From Basidiobolus meristosporus CBS 931.73 (lineage: Eukaryota; Fungi; Basidiobolomycota), in contig MCFE01000324.1 in assembly GCA_002104905.1 (NCBI GenBank), positions 1-64,000 on the forward strand: a DNA stretch of 64,000 nt, in the 5' to 3' direction. This document shows positions 53,374 through 64,000 of this stretch, one piece after another (the stretch's first letter is position 1; each line of letters starts with the position of its first letter). The notes under the pieces are model-generated. The model made no database searches, was not told the DNA's origin, and worked only from the letters and a program-made list of their open reading frames with translations. Position numbers and translations under genes: made by a program.

Positions 53374-53658
53374 AGTATATCGCAGATGTTCAATTTGCTT
53401 TGGTCTATATTTCTTCCACGTTGATCCGTTTTTTTGCTATTCTTTTTCATTTAGAGTAAATGTATCCCACGTCGATACTGTTGTAGAAAGTTCCTTCTCA
53501 CTCCTATTGATAGTTATTGTTTACTCCCAAAATAAAGTGTATATATTTTTATTCTCAGAATTAATCTTTGGGCTGGAATATCTTTGTTTCCGTGCAGGTC
53601 AAGCGTGTTCTAAATGTTCATTGGAAATTACGAAGTATAATTAAGTCGTTACAACTGA

Positions 53659-54834
53659 CTACTTCACTCTAGAGTTCAAAACTGCATCTGATATGAACCG
53701 AGCTGCAGTACACGGAGCATTATTCGGCTGTCGCTGGAATGGATGAATCAGGTGCAGCGGTAAGTTCTTCACTCTTGTTGGCGTTCTTCTTCTTACGCTT
53801 ACGAGGCTTCTTTTTTGGGAGATCCTCTTCAGCAGTTGGTGTGGCTTTTTCGTCCACATCATCTGATGTTTCTAACTTCCGTTTCTATTGTATGAAGATG
53901 GATTAGCGTATGGCTCTTGTTGGCGCGTTTTAAGGATCCTTACCCCATTCTCATTGACTTGTTTATTCGCGGGCGTATCACTTTTATCAGTCGCAGCTTT
54001 ATCCTTGGTATCCTTCTTCTTTTTGCAAGACAGTGGGTTAGGTGCCTTCGCCTTCTTCTTTTTTGGCTTGGGAGGCTCCTTTGTTTGGGTGGTGGGGTTG
54101 GCTTTGTTCAAGAAAGCCAATTCTTGGGCACTGGGTAACGTCTTGGCCCTTTCAACCTGTGAAATAAGGTTAAACGATGTTCTACGGCAGTTGTACATTT
54201 TCTCGAAAAGGTTCACTTACTTGAGCTACTTTTTCAAGTGTTTTACCTGAGGGTGGCTCTAGAATCATGACACTTCTATTGAGATAAAGCAAAGGGACAC
54301 CAGGAATCTGACGAAAGCTGCTTCGTAATTGTGTGTTCTGGGTTGCGATACAATAATTGTGCTGATTGTCCTTTCCAATGATCTCTGACAAGCATTCTGC
54401 CGAGGAGATCGGCGTCTTGTGTGGACATCTTCTTTTCTCAAAACGTTTCATGGCAATCACAGTGCCCAGAAAATCCTCTCCTTTCTCACGCAGCTCTGCA
54501 AGACCACAAGTGGTATACACTTGACAGAGGCAGGTTAGCTCTAGGATATATGTATGTATGATCACAACATATCGCTTACTTGGTTTGGCTTGGCCAAGGA
54601 GCGTCTTAGGAACCTGCTCCTTAAGATTAATTCTGGAATCCAAAGCAGCCTGACAGAAATCCCCATCCACTATTCAAATAAATATGCAAAGCGAAAGAGT
54701 GAGTCAGGCGAGGCTCCGCGAAAGTGACTCAGTTAGTGGATATTACCTATGACTTGATACGGCTCACGGAAACCGAAGGTATTTTGGTACACTTGCATAC
54801 ATTTTTTGTACTGCTTTTGACGTTTAGCCTTCAT
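53659..54834 (-). CDS. UTP23: SSU processome PIN-domain protein Utp23 (multi-exon)
   Basis: MKAKRQK..FGFREPYQV, DGDFC, RRCPH..CL, YCIATQ, PGVPLLY, KKKAKAPNPLSCKKK. Confidence 0.95.
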
Positions 54835-55056
54835 TCTGGATTGATACGCTGGGTTGACCCGCGGAGGGTGAGGTTCATTTCATCTAATAATTCGAAAATT
54901 TCAGTGGTCACATTTTTTTTCTTTTTCCTTTGAACCCTCGTTTTGAATGTCTATCTGATTGAATGCTCTTTCTGAAACACATCGAAACGCGGTGTTTCAG
55001 GTCCAAAGCTCATTTAAAGCGACGATCCACGCAGGCGGGCCCAAGTGAAAGCGACC

Positions 55057-55554
55057 ATGGCGTTTCTCACTCGGATTGTGGTCTTGTTTTCTCTACTTCT
55101 CTTTGCGCAGGCGCGATTCTCTCAGTTCCACCTCCAAACGGTGAAGCGCCCAATCACGAACCGAGCCCAGCCGATCAATTGTCCCTCCAACCTTCCGCCA
55201 CAGGGCTTTCTGAAGGATGCAGGCTGTAGCGCCATTCGCACGTTAGAAAATGGATTGTTCAGCCCATGCTGCGATTTGAAGGAGACGTGCTACTCTCGGT
55301 GTGGGGTCACCAAGTTCGAGTGCGAGAATCAATTTCGCATGTGTATGCGTGGCTTTTGCCCTCAGATCACCCAGAACCCACCCAAGGACTGCAACACTGT
55401 CTGGGGCTTCCCGACCGGCAGCGGGTTTGCTGACATGAACCTGGACCGCGCCGAAGATTTCTCCTGTGATGCTTTCCTCAATGCGCAGTTAACCGCAAAG
55501 TGCCCCGGAGTCCTGCTGGGCTCACCTGTGGTAACTAACCCATATGTATATTAG
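55057..55554 (+). CDS. Secreted Cys-rich group XII-like phospholipase A2 homologue lacking the catalytic His/Asp
   Basis: Signal peptide, KR site, CCDLKETCYSRCGVTKFECENQFRMC matching CCxxHDxCYxxCGxxKxxCDxxFxxC. Confidence 0.75.
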   Translation: MAFLTRIVVLFSLLLFAQARFSQFHLQTVKRPITNRAQPINCPSNLPPQGFLKDAGCSAIRTLENGLFSPCCDLKETCYSRCGVTKFECENQFRMCMRGFCPQITQNPPKDCNTVWGFPTGSGFADMNLDRAEDFSCDAFLNAQLTAKCPGVLLGSPVVTNPYVY

Positions 55555-55679
55555 AGCATCCAAAATGCAATAAATTCATGGCAAGTTTATTTGATAAAAG
55601 TTGAATAGCATTGATGAATTAGATTAGAATACATTAGGCGGTGGCATATATATAATTACAAGGTCAATTGGTGGGGAGA

Positions 55680-56069
55680 TTATCTTCGTTGACGTTTCTC
55701 AGGACCTGTGGAGGGGCCCGGCTCGCCATACCGCTTGTTGTTCTCATTGAGCTGATCTAGCGGATTTCTGCCTGTTGGTCTCTTGCTACGGATTTCTGGA
55801 TATCTTTGGCTGGGATCTTCGGGCTCTTCATCGGAGTCGCCATGGATAATCGACTCCAGAAGACGAATTCTCCTTGCCTTGAAAGCTTCGGTATCTACAT
55901 CATGTTCTAGAGGGGTGGTGACAGCAGGCACCTCAAAGGTGAAGTCGTAGTCGAAAAGAGGGATCTCATGAAATTTATCTAGCTGGTGACCTGGGAGATT
56001 CACCGGTGCACTGTCGATGCTACGATGTAGCGACAATAGAGTGAGCAGGAGACTCAAGGGCAAACGCAT
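55680..56069 (-). CDS. Small secreted protein with several dibasic sites
   Basis: Clear signal peptide (MRLPLSLLLTLLSL..S-AP); acidic/Pro-rich body; RR and KR x3, C-terminal RR. Confidence 0.7.
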   Translation of the reverse strand: MRLPLSLLLTLLSLHRSIDSAPVNLPGHQLDKFHEIPLFDYDFTFEVPAVTTPLEHDVDTEAFKARRIRLLESIIHGDSDEEPEDPSQRYPEIRSKRPTGRNPLDQLNENNKRYGEPGPSTGPEKRQRR

Positions 56070-56495
56070 GATTAAGGTGGATAGTACGGTAGGCTGTTGA
56101 TGACAGGCAGCGGTATATATAATTACAAAATAGGGATCATCTGAGGTCTTGGCAAGCCCTTACACACCAAACCACGTTTAGATCCTCTGAATGGTTCAAA
56201 TGTTCTGCGGAATCTTGAAATTATTCTAGAACCTTACTTGGCTAGACACTCCTGAATTATCACATGGTATTTGATGAGCTAGGGTTAGGGTTGGGGATGC
56301 GTGGATGCGGGAATGCCTCCGATGATGAATTGGTGCAAACAGAATGTTCCAATCGTTTTCGCAAGAGTTAATCGGAGGTTTTCTGTTGATGTTGCTACAA
56401 TGTTGGCTTCTGAGTCATAAATAATGGCGAGGCGGGTGGATTTTCGAGGCTCCCGCACAACCCCCTTAACCCTTTAACCTAACCGCCTAACCTTC

Positions 56496-57486
56496 ATGTA
56501 CTTGGCGCTTTTTATATTGCTGGCCACTGCCCATGCCAACACCGAAATCGCCCAATTGATTACCGAGCGTCTGTCGATGCCACGTAGCGACGACTTTCAT
56601 ATCACCAATATGGTAAACTCCCACCACTCTCTGTCCGATGAGGGGACATTAACGCTTCAAGCCAATCGGCTTGAAGGCATCCTACGGACTGAAGTGAATG
56701 GCTTTGCAATCACACTGGAATATGACGTGAAACTTGATGCCTTGACTCCTGGCTTCTTGCCAGGCCTCTTCGGCGGCAATGATGAGTGTGGGCCCTTGGG
56801 CTACGGAAAAGACTGCTTCATCATCAGGTAAATCCATTCGTCCAGTTTCTCCCCAACTTGGGGTTGGCTGATCATCCTGTTGCTTTAGTCCCAGGTTTCT
56901 GCAGAATGGTGTTGGCGAGGTTTTTGCAGGCATTCCAGATAAGCCACAGCTACCAAGCCTATGCTCCGCTGGCGAAGAAGCCGTCTCCGTACCACCGAAA
57001 CTTGGGGAGATTGTTTCCATTTGTCGGGATACTGGAGTCTCGCTTTATCGTGGCACCTATCAGCTACAAACAGATCGTTGGCATCACTTTAAGCTCTCCG
57101 TCCAGTTAAACACAATCGGAGAGCCAGATGGAATATTATTATTAGATGTAGATCAAATCAACGTAATTTATACTCGCAATCTATTGTACAGAGAAAGTCC
57201 CGATTTGATCCTTGATGGGATCTCCTTCAACTTGACCACTTCTGGAGCTGGTATGCAGTTCAGAAATATCCACATCGATTATGAGATAAAGGAGCCCTTC
57301 AATTCTACGTTTGCTCCGTACTCGGACGTCCCAGTGGAGAGTTGCAACGAGGACGAGTACAGATGCGAGGTGGAGGGTGGCCCGTTCTTCTTTCAATGCG
57401 TTGACGAAACCTTCATTAAAAGGACCTGCGGGAGAGGCACTCAGTGCCATCAAATCGACTCCGAGATAGAATGTGTATTCCCTTAG
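56496..57486 (+). CDS. Secreted PL14 polysaccharide-lyase-like domain plus C-terminal CBM19 chitin-binding module (intron 56828-56888; 309 aa)
   Basis: LEYDV..PGFLPGLFGG..C..CF.ISPR..GVGEVF; WHHFKLSVQLNTIGEPDG; C-terminal C..C..F.QC..C..GTQC; splicing keeps the frame. Confidence 0.7.
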
Positions 57487-57944
57487 TACAGCACCACTTG
57501 ACTCTATGATAATCTATTAGATCCTCGTTCACCACCAACTACATTACCCACATAAATTTGCTTGAAACTGGGATAGGGGGATGGCTTGCCAGTGCTTTCC
57601 TAATGCTTCTCTATTGCTTCCACCCTCTGGACAGCTGCCGTGCTTGCTGCTTAAATGAACGTATATGGGTGGGTCATTCAACATATTGGGCAATTAATGA
57701 TTCGAGCACCCATTTAGAACCTGAAATCACCGAGTCCAGATCATTGGTCCGTATGCATAATGAAACGTATCCCAACATCCATCTATCCTTGTTGCTAAAT
57801 GGATGAATCAAGATAAAGAAATATTAATCAATACACTAAACTCACCCTTGCCTTCGACCTCTTTGCCGATTAGTAACTGGCATTAAGCTGTGGCCAATGG
57901 GCCTGCCTCACTCTTTCACAGAGCACGCCTGATTGGCTGGAAGC

Positions 57945-58359
57945 TTATCACGCGAGTCTCCTTAACATCAACTCTTTTCCTATTTGAAGCGTGGCTGGAG
58001 AAGCTGGGGGTTTCAGATGGTGTGGCGATTAAGCGACGGAAGTGAACAAATTATCATGCTTTATCGCATTAATGTGGCTTGGTTCATCGTCAAGCTGATA
58101 CTTGGGCCTTTATTTGGCGATTGTGTATCACAACGCTGACAACTCTACGCATGGTTGTTGTGGTGGAATTATCTTGGATCTGATTAATCTATGGCTGGTG
58201 TTCATCAACGACTGGTCTGTTGGATGCACCCTTCCCAAGTAAACTCCACAATTGTTGCGGTTTGATCCGATATGGTATCACCAATCTCCTGATAGCTACA
58301 AATCCAATCCTATCAAGAGATAGCTTCTCAAGCCCCTCAATTTTCGATTGCTGTTATCA
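57945..58359. promoter_or_regulatory. Cluster of eight HGATAR sites plus CCAAT boxes upstream of ACL
   Basis: Sites at 57945, 58051, 58061, 58169, 58290, 58310, 58318 and 58354. Confidence 0.45.
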
Positions 58360-58529
58360 TCCAAGTGGTGATCCAATGTGCTAATCTCAAGGAATCGTTA
58401 CACTGGAAAGACCTTTAAATAGACACGGCTGACTACTCTGAATAGCACTGCCCTTTGCTTTCAAACTTCGATCGGATTGTCGAAAGCCTCTCTGTATAGC
58501 CCTTTCGTTCGTATCACTATAATAAACTA

Positions 58530-61500
58530 ATGTCTGCCAAGGCCATTCGCGAATTCGATGGAAAGCACCTGCTTGCCCACTGGCTGTTGAACTCTCCAGC
58601 CCTACCCGGTGCCTCAGCTACCACTTCCGCTTTTGTTCCACCAGCCACAAAATTGGCCCAGGTTAAGATTGATACTTCCAAAGTTCAAGAAGATGCTGCT
58701 ACCTTTGCTGCTCTCGTTGAGGCCACTCTTGATAACATCGAGGCCACTCAACCATGGGTTCTCACCGAGAAGTTGGTTGCCAAGCCCGACCAGTTGATCA
58801 AGCGTCGCGGTAAGAGCGGCCTTTTGTTGCTCAACGCAGATTGGGCTGATGTCAGAAAGTGGATTGTCGAGCATGCTGGCAAGGAAGTAAAGGTGTGTAT
58901 ATTTAGAGCCGTGTCCATTCGCTGGATTGAGACTAACTAGCTTTAAGGTTGACAGCGTTGAAGGCGTTCTTAAAACCTTCCTTGTCGAGCCATTCATTCC
59001 TCACTCCCAGGACACCGAATACTACATCTGTATTCAATCCGTTCGCGAGGGAGATATCATCCTTTTCCACCACGAAGGTGGTATTGATGTTGGAGATGTT
59101 GACTCCAAGGCCGTCAAATACACTGTGAAGGTCAACGCTGACTTTGCCTCTGCCGAGGAAATCAAGAATAACCTTCTTGTAAACGTCCCCAAGGAGAAGC
59201 AAGACGTATTGGTTGACTTCATCACCCGTCTCTACTCTGTCTACGTTGACCTTCATTTCACCTACCTCGAAATCAACCCGCTCGTTGTTGTCGATGGTCA
59301 GGATGGTAAGCCCCCTCAGGTTTACTACTTGGATCTCGCCGCCAAGCTTGATCAGACTGGTGAGTTTGAGGCCGGTTCTAAGTGGGCCATTGCTCGCAAA
59401 GGAACTGGGGAGAGCGAACAACAAAACATCGATCAAGGCCCACCAATGGAATTCCCCGCTCCTTTCGGCCGTGATCTCACCAAAGAAGAAGCATACATCC
59501 AGGAATTGGACGCCAAGACTGGTGCCAGCTTGAAATTGACCATCCTCAACAAGGACGGTCGCATCTGGACCATGGTTGCTGGTGGTGGTGCCTCTGTAGT
59601 GTACAGTGATGCCATTGCCGCCCTTGGCTATGCCAACGAGCTTGCCAACTACGGTGAATATTCTGGTGCTCCAACTGAGACCCAAACCTACGAATACGCC
59701 AAAACCATCTTGGATTTGATGACCCGTGGTGCTGAGCCTCATCCTGAAGGCAAGGTCCTCATCATCGGTGGAGGTATTGCCAACTTCACCAATGTAGCCA
59801 CCACATTCAAGGGCATCATCCGTGCCCTCAAGGAATTCCAACAAAAGCTGATCTTCCACAATGTCAAGATCTTCATTCGCCGTGCTGGTCCTAATTACCA
59901 GGAAGGCCTTCGTGCTATGCGCGAATTAGGTCAAACTTTGGGTGTGGAGATTAAGGTTTTCGGTCCTGAAACCCATGTTACCGCGATCGTGCCAATGGCC
60001 TTGAAGGGAGTGGATCCCTCGAAGGCATCCACTAAGAGCACCGCCCCTGCAACCCCCAGCCAAGGAGCTTCTGCTCAATCCTCTGCTCTTCCTTCTCCCA
60101 CCAAGGAGTCTCCTTCCGCTGCTCAGGAGAATACTAGCTATTTCACCGAGTCAAAATCCGAGGAAAACCCTTGGTACAGACCCTTCTCCAGCACCACCCG
60201 TGCCATTATCTACGGTCTTCAAACTCGTGCAGTTCAAGGCATGCTCGACTTTGACTTCATCTGTGGCCGTAAAACTCCCTCCGTTGCTGCTATGGTGTAT
60301 CCATTTGGTGGCAACCACAACCAGAAATTCTACTGGGGAACGAAGGAGACCCTGGTCCCCGTGTACAAATCTCTTGATGAAGCCATCCACAAGCACGCCG
60401 ATGTCGATACCATCATCAACTTTGCCTCTAGCCGCTCAGTATACTCCTCTACTGTAGAGATTATGGAGTACTCTGAGCAAATCAAGTCCATCTCGATCAT
60501 TGCTGAGGGTGTTCCTGAAAGAAGAGCTCGTCAGATCCTGCACTTGGCTGAACAGAAGGGAGTGCTCATCATTGGTCCCGCTACTGTTGGTGGCATCAAA
60601 CCCGGATGCTTCAAGATTGGTAACACTGGAGGTATGATGGATAACATTGTTTCCTCCAAACTCTACCGCCCTGGCTCCGTTGGCTATGTTTCCAAGTCTG
60701 GAGGTATGTCCAATGAGCTGAACAACATCATTAGTAGATCCACCAACGGTGTCTACGAGGGCGTTGCTATCGGCGGTGATCGTTATCCAGGATCTACCTT
60801 CATTGATCACTTGTTGAGATATGAGGCCGATCCTGACTGCAAAATGCTGGTTTTGCTTGGTGAAGTTGGTGGCGTTGAAGAATACAAGGTCGCCGAAGCC
60901 GTCAAATCCGGAAAGATCACCAAACCCGTTGTTGCTTGGTGTATTGGTACTTGTGCTAGCATGTTCCAGACTGAGGTCCAATTCGGACATGCTGGTGCAT
61001 GTGCTAACTCTGACGGCGAAACCGCTGATGCTAAAAACAGAGGTCTGCGCGCCGCTGGTGTTATTGTCCCTGACACCTTCGAGGAGCTGCCCTTGGTCTT
61101 GAACCAAACCTACCAGAAGTTGGTCGACAGCGGAGTTATTGTGCCCGCTGCTGAGCCCGAGCCACCCAAGATCCCCATTGATTACAACTGGGCCATGGAA
61201 CTTGGATTGGTGCGTAAGCCTGCCTCCTTCGTGTCTACCATCTGTGATGACCGTGGCCAAGAACTTCTCTATGCCGGTATGAGAATTAGTGAAGTCTTCG
61301 AGCAGGATGTCGGTGTTGGTGGTGTTCTTAGCTTGCTTTGGTTCAAGCGTCGCCTTCCCGATTATGCATCCAAATTCATTGAGATGGTTTTGATGCTGAC
61401 TGCTGATCACGGACCTGCCGTGTCTGGCGCACACAATACCATTGTAACTGCTCGTGCTGGCAAAGACCTTGTCAGCTCATTGGTCTCTGGTTTGTTGACC

Positions 61501-62055
61501 ATTGGTGATAGATTCGGTGGAGCCCTTGACGGTGCTGCCCAAACCTTCTCTAACGCATATGACCAGAACTTGACTCCCCGTGAGTTTGTCGACACCATGC
61601 GCAAGCAGAACAAGTTGATTTTGGGTATTGGCCACAAGATCAAGTCTCGCAACAACCCTGATTTGCGTGTCACCTTGGTAACTGAGTATGCCAAGAAGCA
61701 CTTCCCCTCCACCCCAGTCTTGGATTACGCACTCGCCGTCGAGCAAATCACCACCTCCAAGAAGGACAACCTGATTCTAAACGTTGATGGCGCTATTGGC
61801 GTTCTCTTTGTTGATCTTCTTCGCAACAGCGGTGCATTCTCCCGCGAGGAGGCCGATGAATATGTCCGCATCGGAACCCTTAACGGCCTCTTCGTTCTCG
61901 GTAGAAGCATTGGTTTCATTGGTCACTACATCGATCAGAAGCGCCTCAAGCAAGGTCTCTACAGACACCCTTGGGATGATATCTCCTATATTCTCCCCGA
62001 AAGCGAATCCGCTCGCGCATTTGTTAGTGCCAAGAAAGTCTCCAAATCATCCTAA
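58530..62055 (+). CDS. ACL1: Single-chain (fused) ATP-citrate lyase (intron 58894-58947)
   Basis: [39 protein letters not shown] phosphohistidine, [21 protein letters not shown]. Confidence 0.98.
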
Positions 62056-62658
62056 ATACCACATTCACCATCCAGTTGTGTCTCAATAGTGACGACAGTC
62101 TCCAAGCATTTATCTTCACATACGCATATTAAATTACCACTTATCACATTCAATCATAACAATTCGATAAATTAAGTCAATCTTTTTGATTAACTCATTT
62201 TGTGGGGTGGATTGCATTGTGAGTAACAAGTGCTTTTGTAGAGGCGTTGAAGGCATCGCATTTCCCGTGCTTTCATCACCGAATGGTTGTCGTGCAGCAG
62301 CCACCAAATCCCACAATACTTCAAGCCCAGCGGCTACTCCGATAGGTCAACCACTGTAGATCAAGCGAAGCCATTTTACCGTTGCCGGAAGACTTGCTTT
62401 TCAGAGAAATACTGAGGAGCTGTCCTAGGAGCTGTCCTACCATACTTACTCACACTCAATCAAATCATGTGTCGATTTCTAAATTAAGCTTACCTTAAAG
62501 CGAGTCCACGTTCACATACGACCATTATAGATAGTAAATTGGGGTCCCAACCGGAATGGGGTGTTGGGTTTCAATGACAGCTAGGTTAGACAAAACTAGC
62601 CATCGCCATTTCTTTGCCAGGTCACCGCTCTCTATCTTTCGTAACAATACACCCCAAT

Positions 62659-63061
62659 ATGCAGCCTACTTTTGTGAGATTAGCTGTAACTGTACCCAAG
62701 AAACACGTCCCCTTGATCAAGTTCCTGGGGCCTCGCAAGAAGCTTAATTTACAAAACACCTATGGTAGGGAGTCGAAATGTGCCATCACACTCCATTTAG
62801 TCTAATCCATTATTTACTCTTCCCCCATCTCTAGCTACCCAAAATACCATCTCCAATACCAATAGTGTCTCTCAAAAGGCTGCTGAAAAGAGCAGTGTCA
62901 CCTACAACGAACTTCCCGCTCGTTTCAAGAGAATTCCATTAACACCCGAAGAGATCGAAGCAGTCGAGGTACCTATAGATATAAGTTTTAGCGTTATTGA
63001 TGGAGCAATGCCACTGACCATTTTTCGTCGTTAGATGGGTGGAGCTGGATTCGTTTATTGA
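62659..63061 (+). CDS. KGD4: Alpha-ketoglutarate dehydrogenase subunit 4 (Kgd4/Ymr31/MRPS36), 3 exons, 88 aa; missed by the ORF track
   Basis: HVPLIKFLGPRK N-terminal motif and ELPARFKRIPLTPEEIEAVEMGGA C-terminal motif; exons 62659-62764, 62835-62968, 63035-63061 sum to 267 nt. Confidence 0.85.
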
Positions 63062-63598
63062 AGCTTGCGTGTCTTGGGTTAGCATGACATGAGCAATAAC
63101 ACTGTAATTTACCCTGATTTCCAAACATTGTATGCACTCTACTCACTAAATTATGTGCTCAGCACTAAAGTCCTGATAGTCTTCATTTTATCAATCAAAT
63201 CCTAATAATTGCATTATTCTCGCGTATCCAGTACCATCAGACTGGAAAGTGGATGCTGATAATTATCATCTTCAGTATTCGCGGTGGTAATATAACTTAT
63301 TTGGGTCCAAGTTTTAGTGGATACACATGATATTTAAGCCAAGCTGCTGACTTGACGATTATATTGATGTTTAACACGATCTTTTTCTTCGAATAAAACA
63401 TCCGGAAATATTAAATAGACAAATATTAAGATAATCTGAGGTTTGGAAGATTATGGATCTGTCGAGGTAACTAATTGATCGTGGCGGGGAAGCGATGACG
63501 GGTAAGCTAAAAATTTTACTATAGAACGGGTATTCCGGTTAGCTCACACCACTCAGTTTCCACTTCTTCAAACCACTTTCTTTTGAATAACGTTCAAT

Positions 63599-64000
63599 AT
63601 GGCTCAGCAAGCTGCTAACTTCATGAGAGGCAATGGTAAGTCCCTTTTCACCGGGGCTGGTGCCTTGATTACTTTGGGTGCCCTTGGTTATGGTATCAAC
63701 GCTTCCTTGTTCAACGGTAGGTGCTGTTTGATTTTGAGTTGTTGGAGACGCACAACTTAACTCTTTTTACAGTCGATGGTGGTCACAGAGCCGTCAAGTA
63801 CTCGAGAATTTTTGGTGTCCAGAAGGAGATTTACCAAGAAGGTACCCACATCGTTATTCCTTGGTTGGAAACCCCAATCATCTATGATGTCCGTGCCAAG
63901 CCCAGAAACATTGCCTCCTTGACCGGTACCAAGGGTAAGTCGTCACGAGTCATGATAATTTCGGACATGTATCCTTAGTCACGCATATTATTCAGATCTT
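63599..64000 (+). CDS. PHB2: Prohibitin 2 (5' part; runs off the window)
   Basis: ASLFNVDGGHRAVKYSRI.GV..EGTH..IPWLETPIIYDVRAKPRNIASLTGTK. Confidence 0.95.

Overview
Eukaryotic genomic DNA, most likely from an early-diverging fungus (Zoopagomycota/Mucoromycota-like, e.g. Basidiobolus). This is an inference from short 45-130 nt introns, two U12-type introns, a single-chain ATP-citrate lyase, an MA3-containing eIF4G and CpG-depleted transposons. Bases 1-~18,290 are a CpG-depleted repeat block. It holds a four-layer nest of Ty1/copia LTR retrotransposons with three exact 5-bp TSD pairs, an inverted copia fragment, three more solo LTRs and one CpG-rich island carrying an intronless Gly-rich/TM/SPRY gene. 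Bases ~18,300-64,000 are gene-dense: TGL2-like lipase, RPL17, RAM2, a CBM21 PP1-targeting subunit, SMC3, a CLC transporter, eIF4G, VMA13, DRS2, ODC, UPF3, NSL1, UTP23, three secreted proteins, ACL, KGD4 and the 5' part of PHB2. Highlights are an AUG-less PPW uORF upstream of ODC, a CLC with GSGIPE replaced by WDGLAE, minor-spliceosome introns in SMC3 and eIF4G, a trio of secreted genes including two apparent pseudo-enzymes (PLA2-like; PL14-like+CBM19), and self-nesting copia elements primed by a half tRNA-iMet. Coordinates were counted by hand, and gene ends come from manual splice-site reading.
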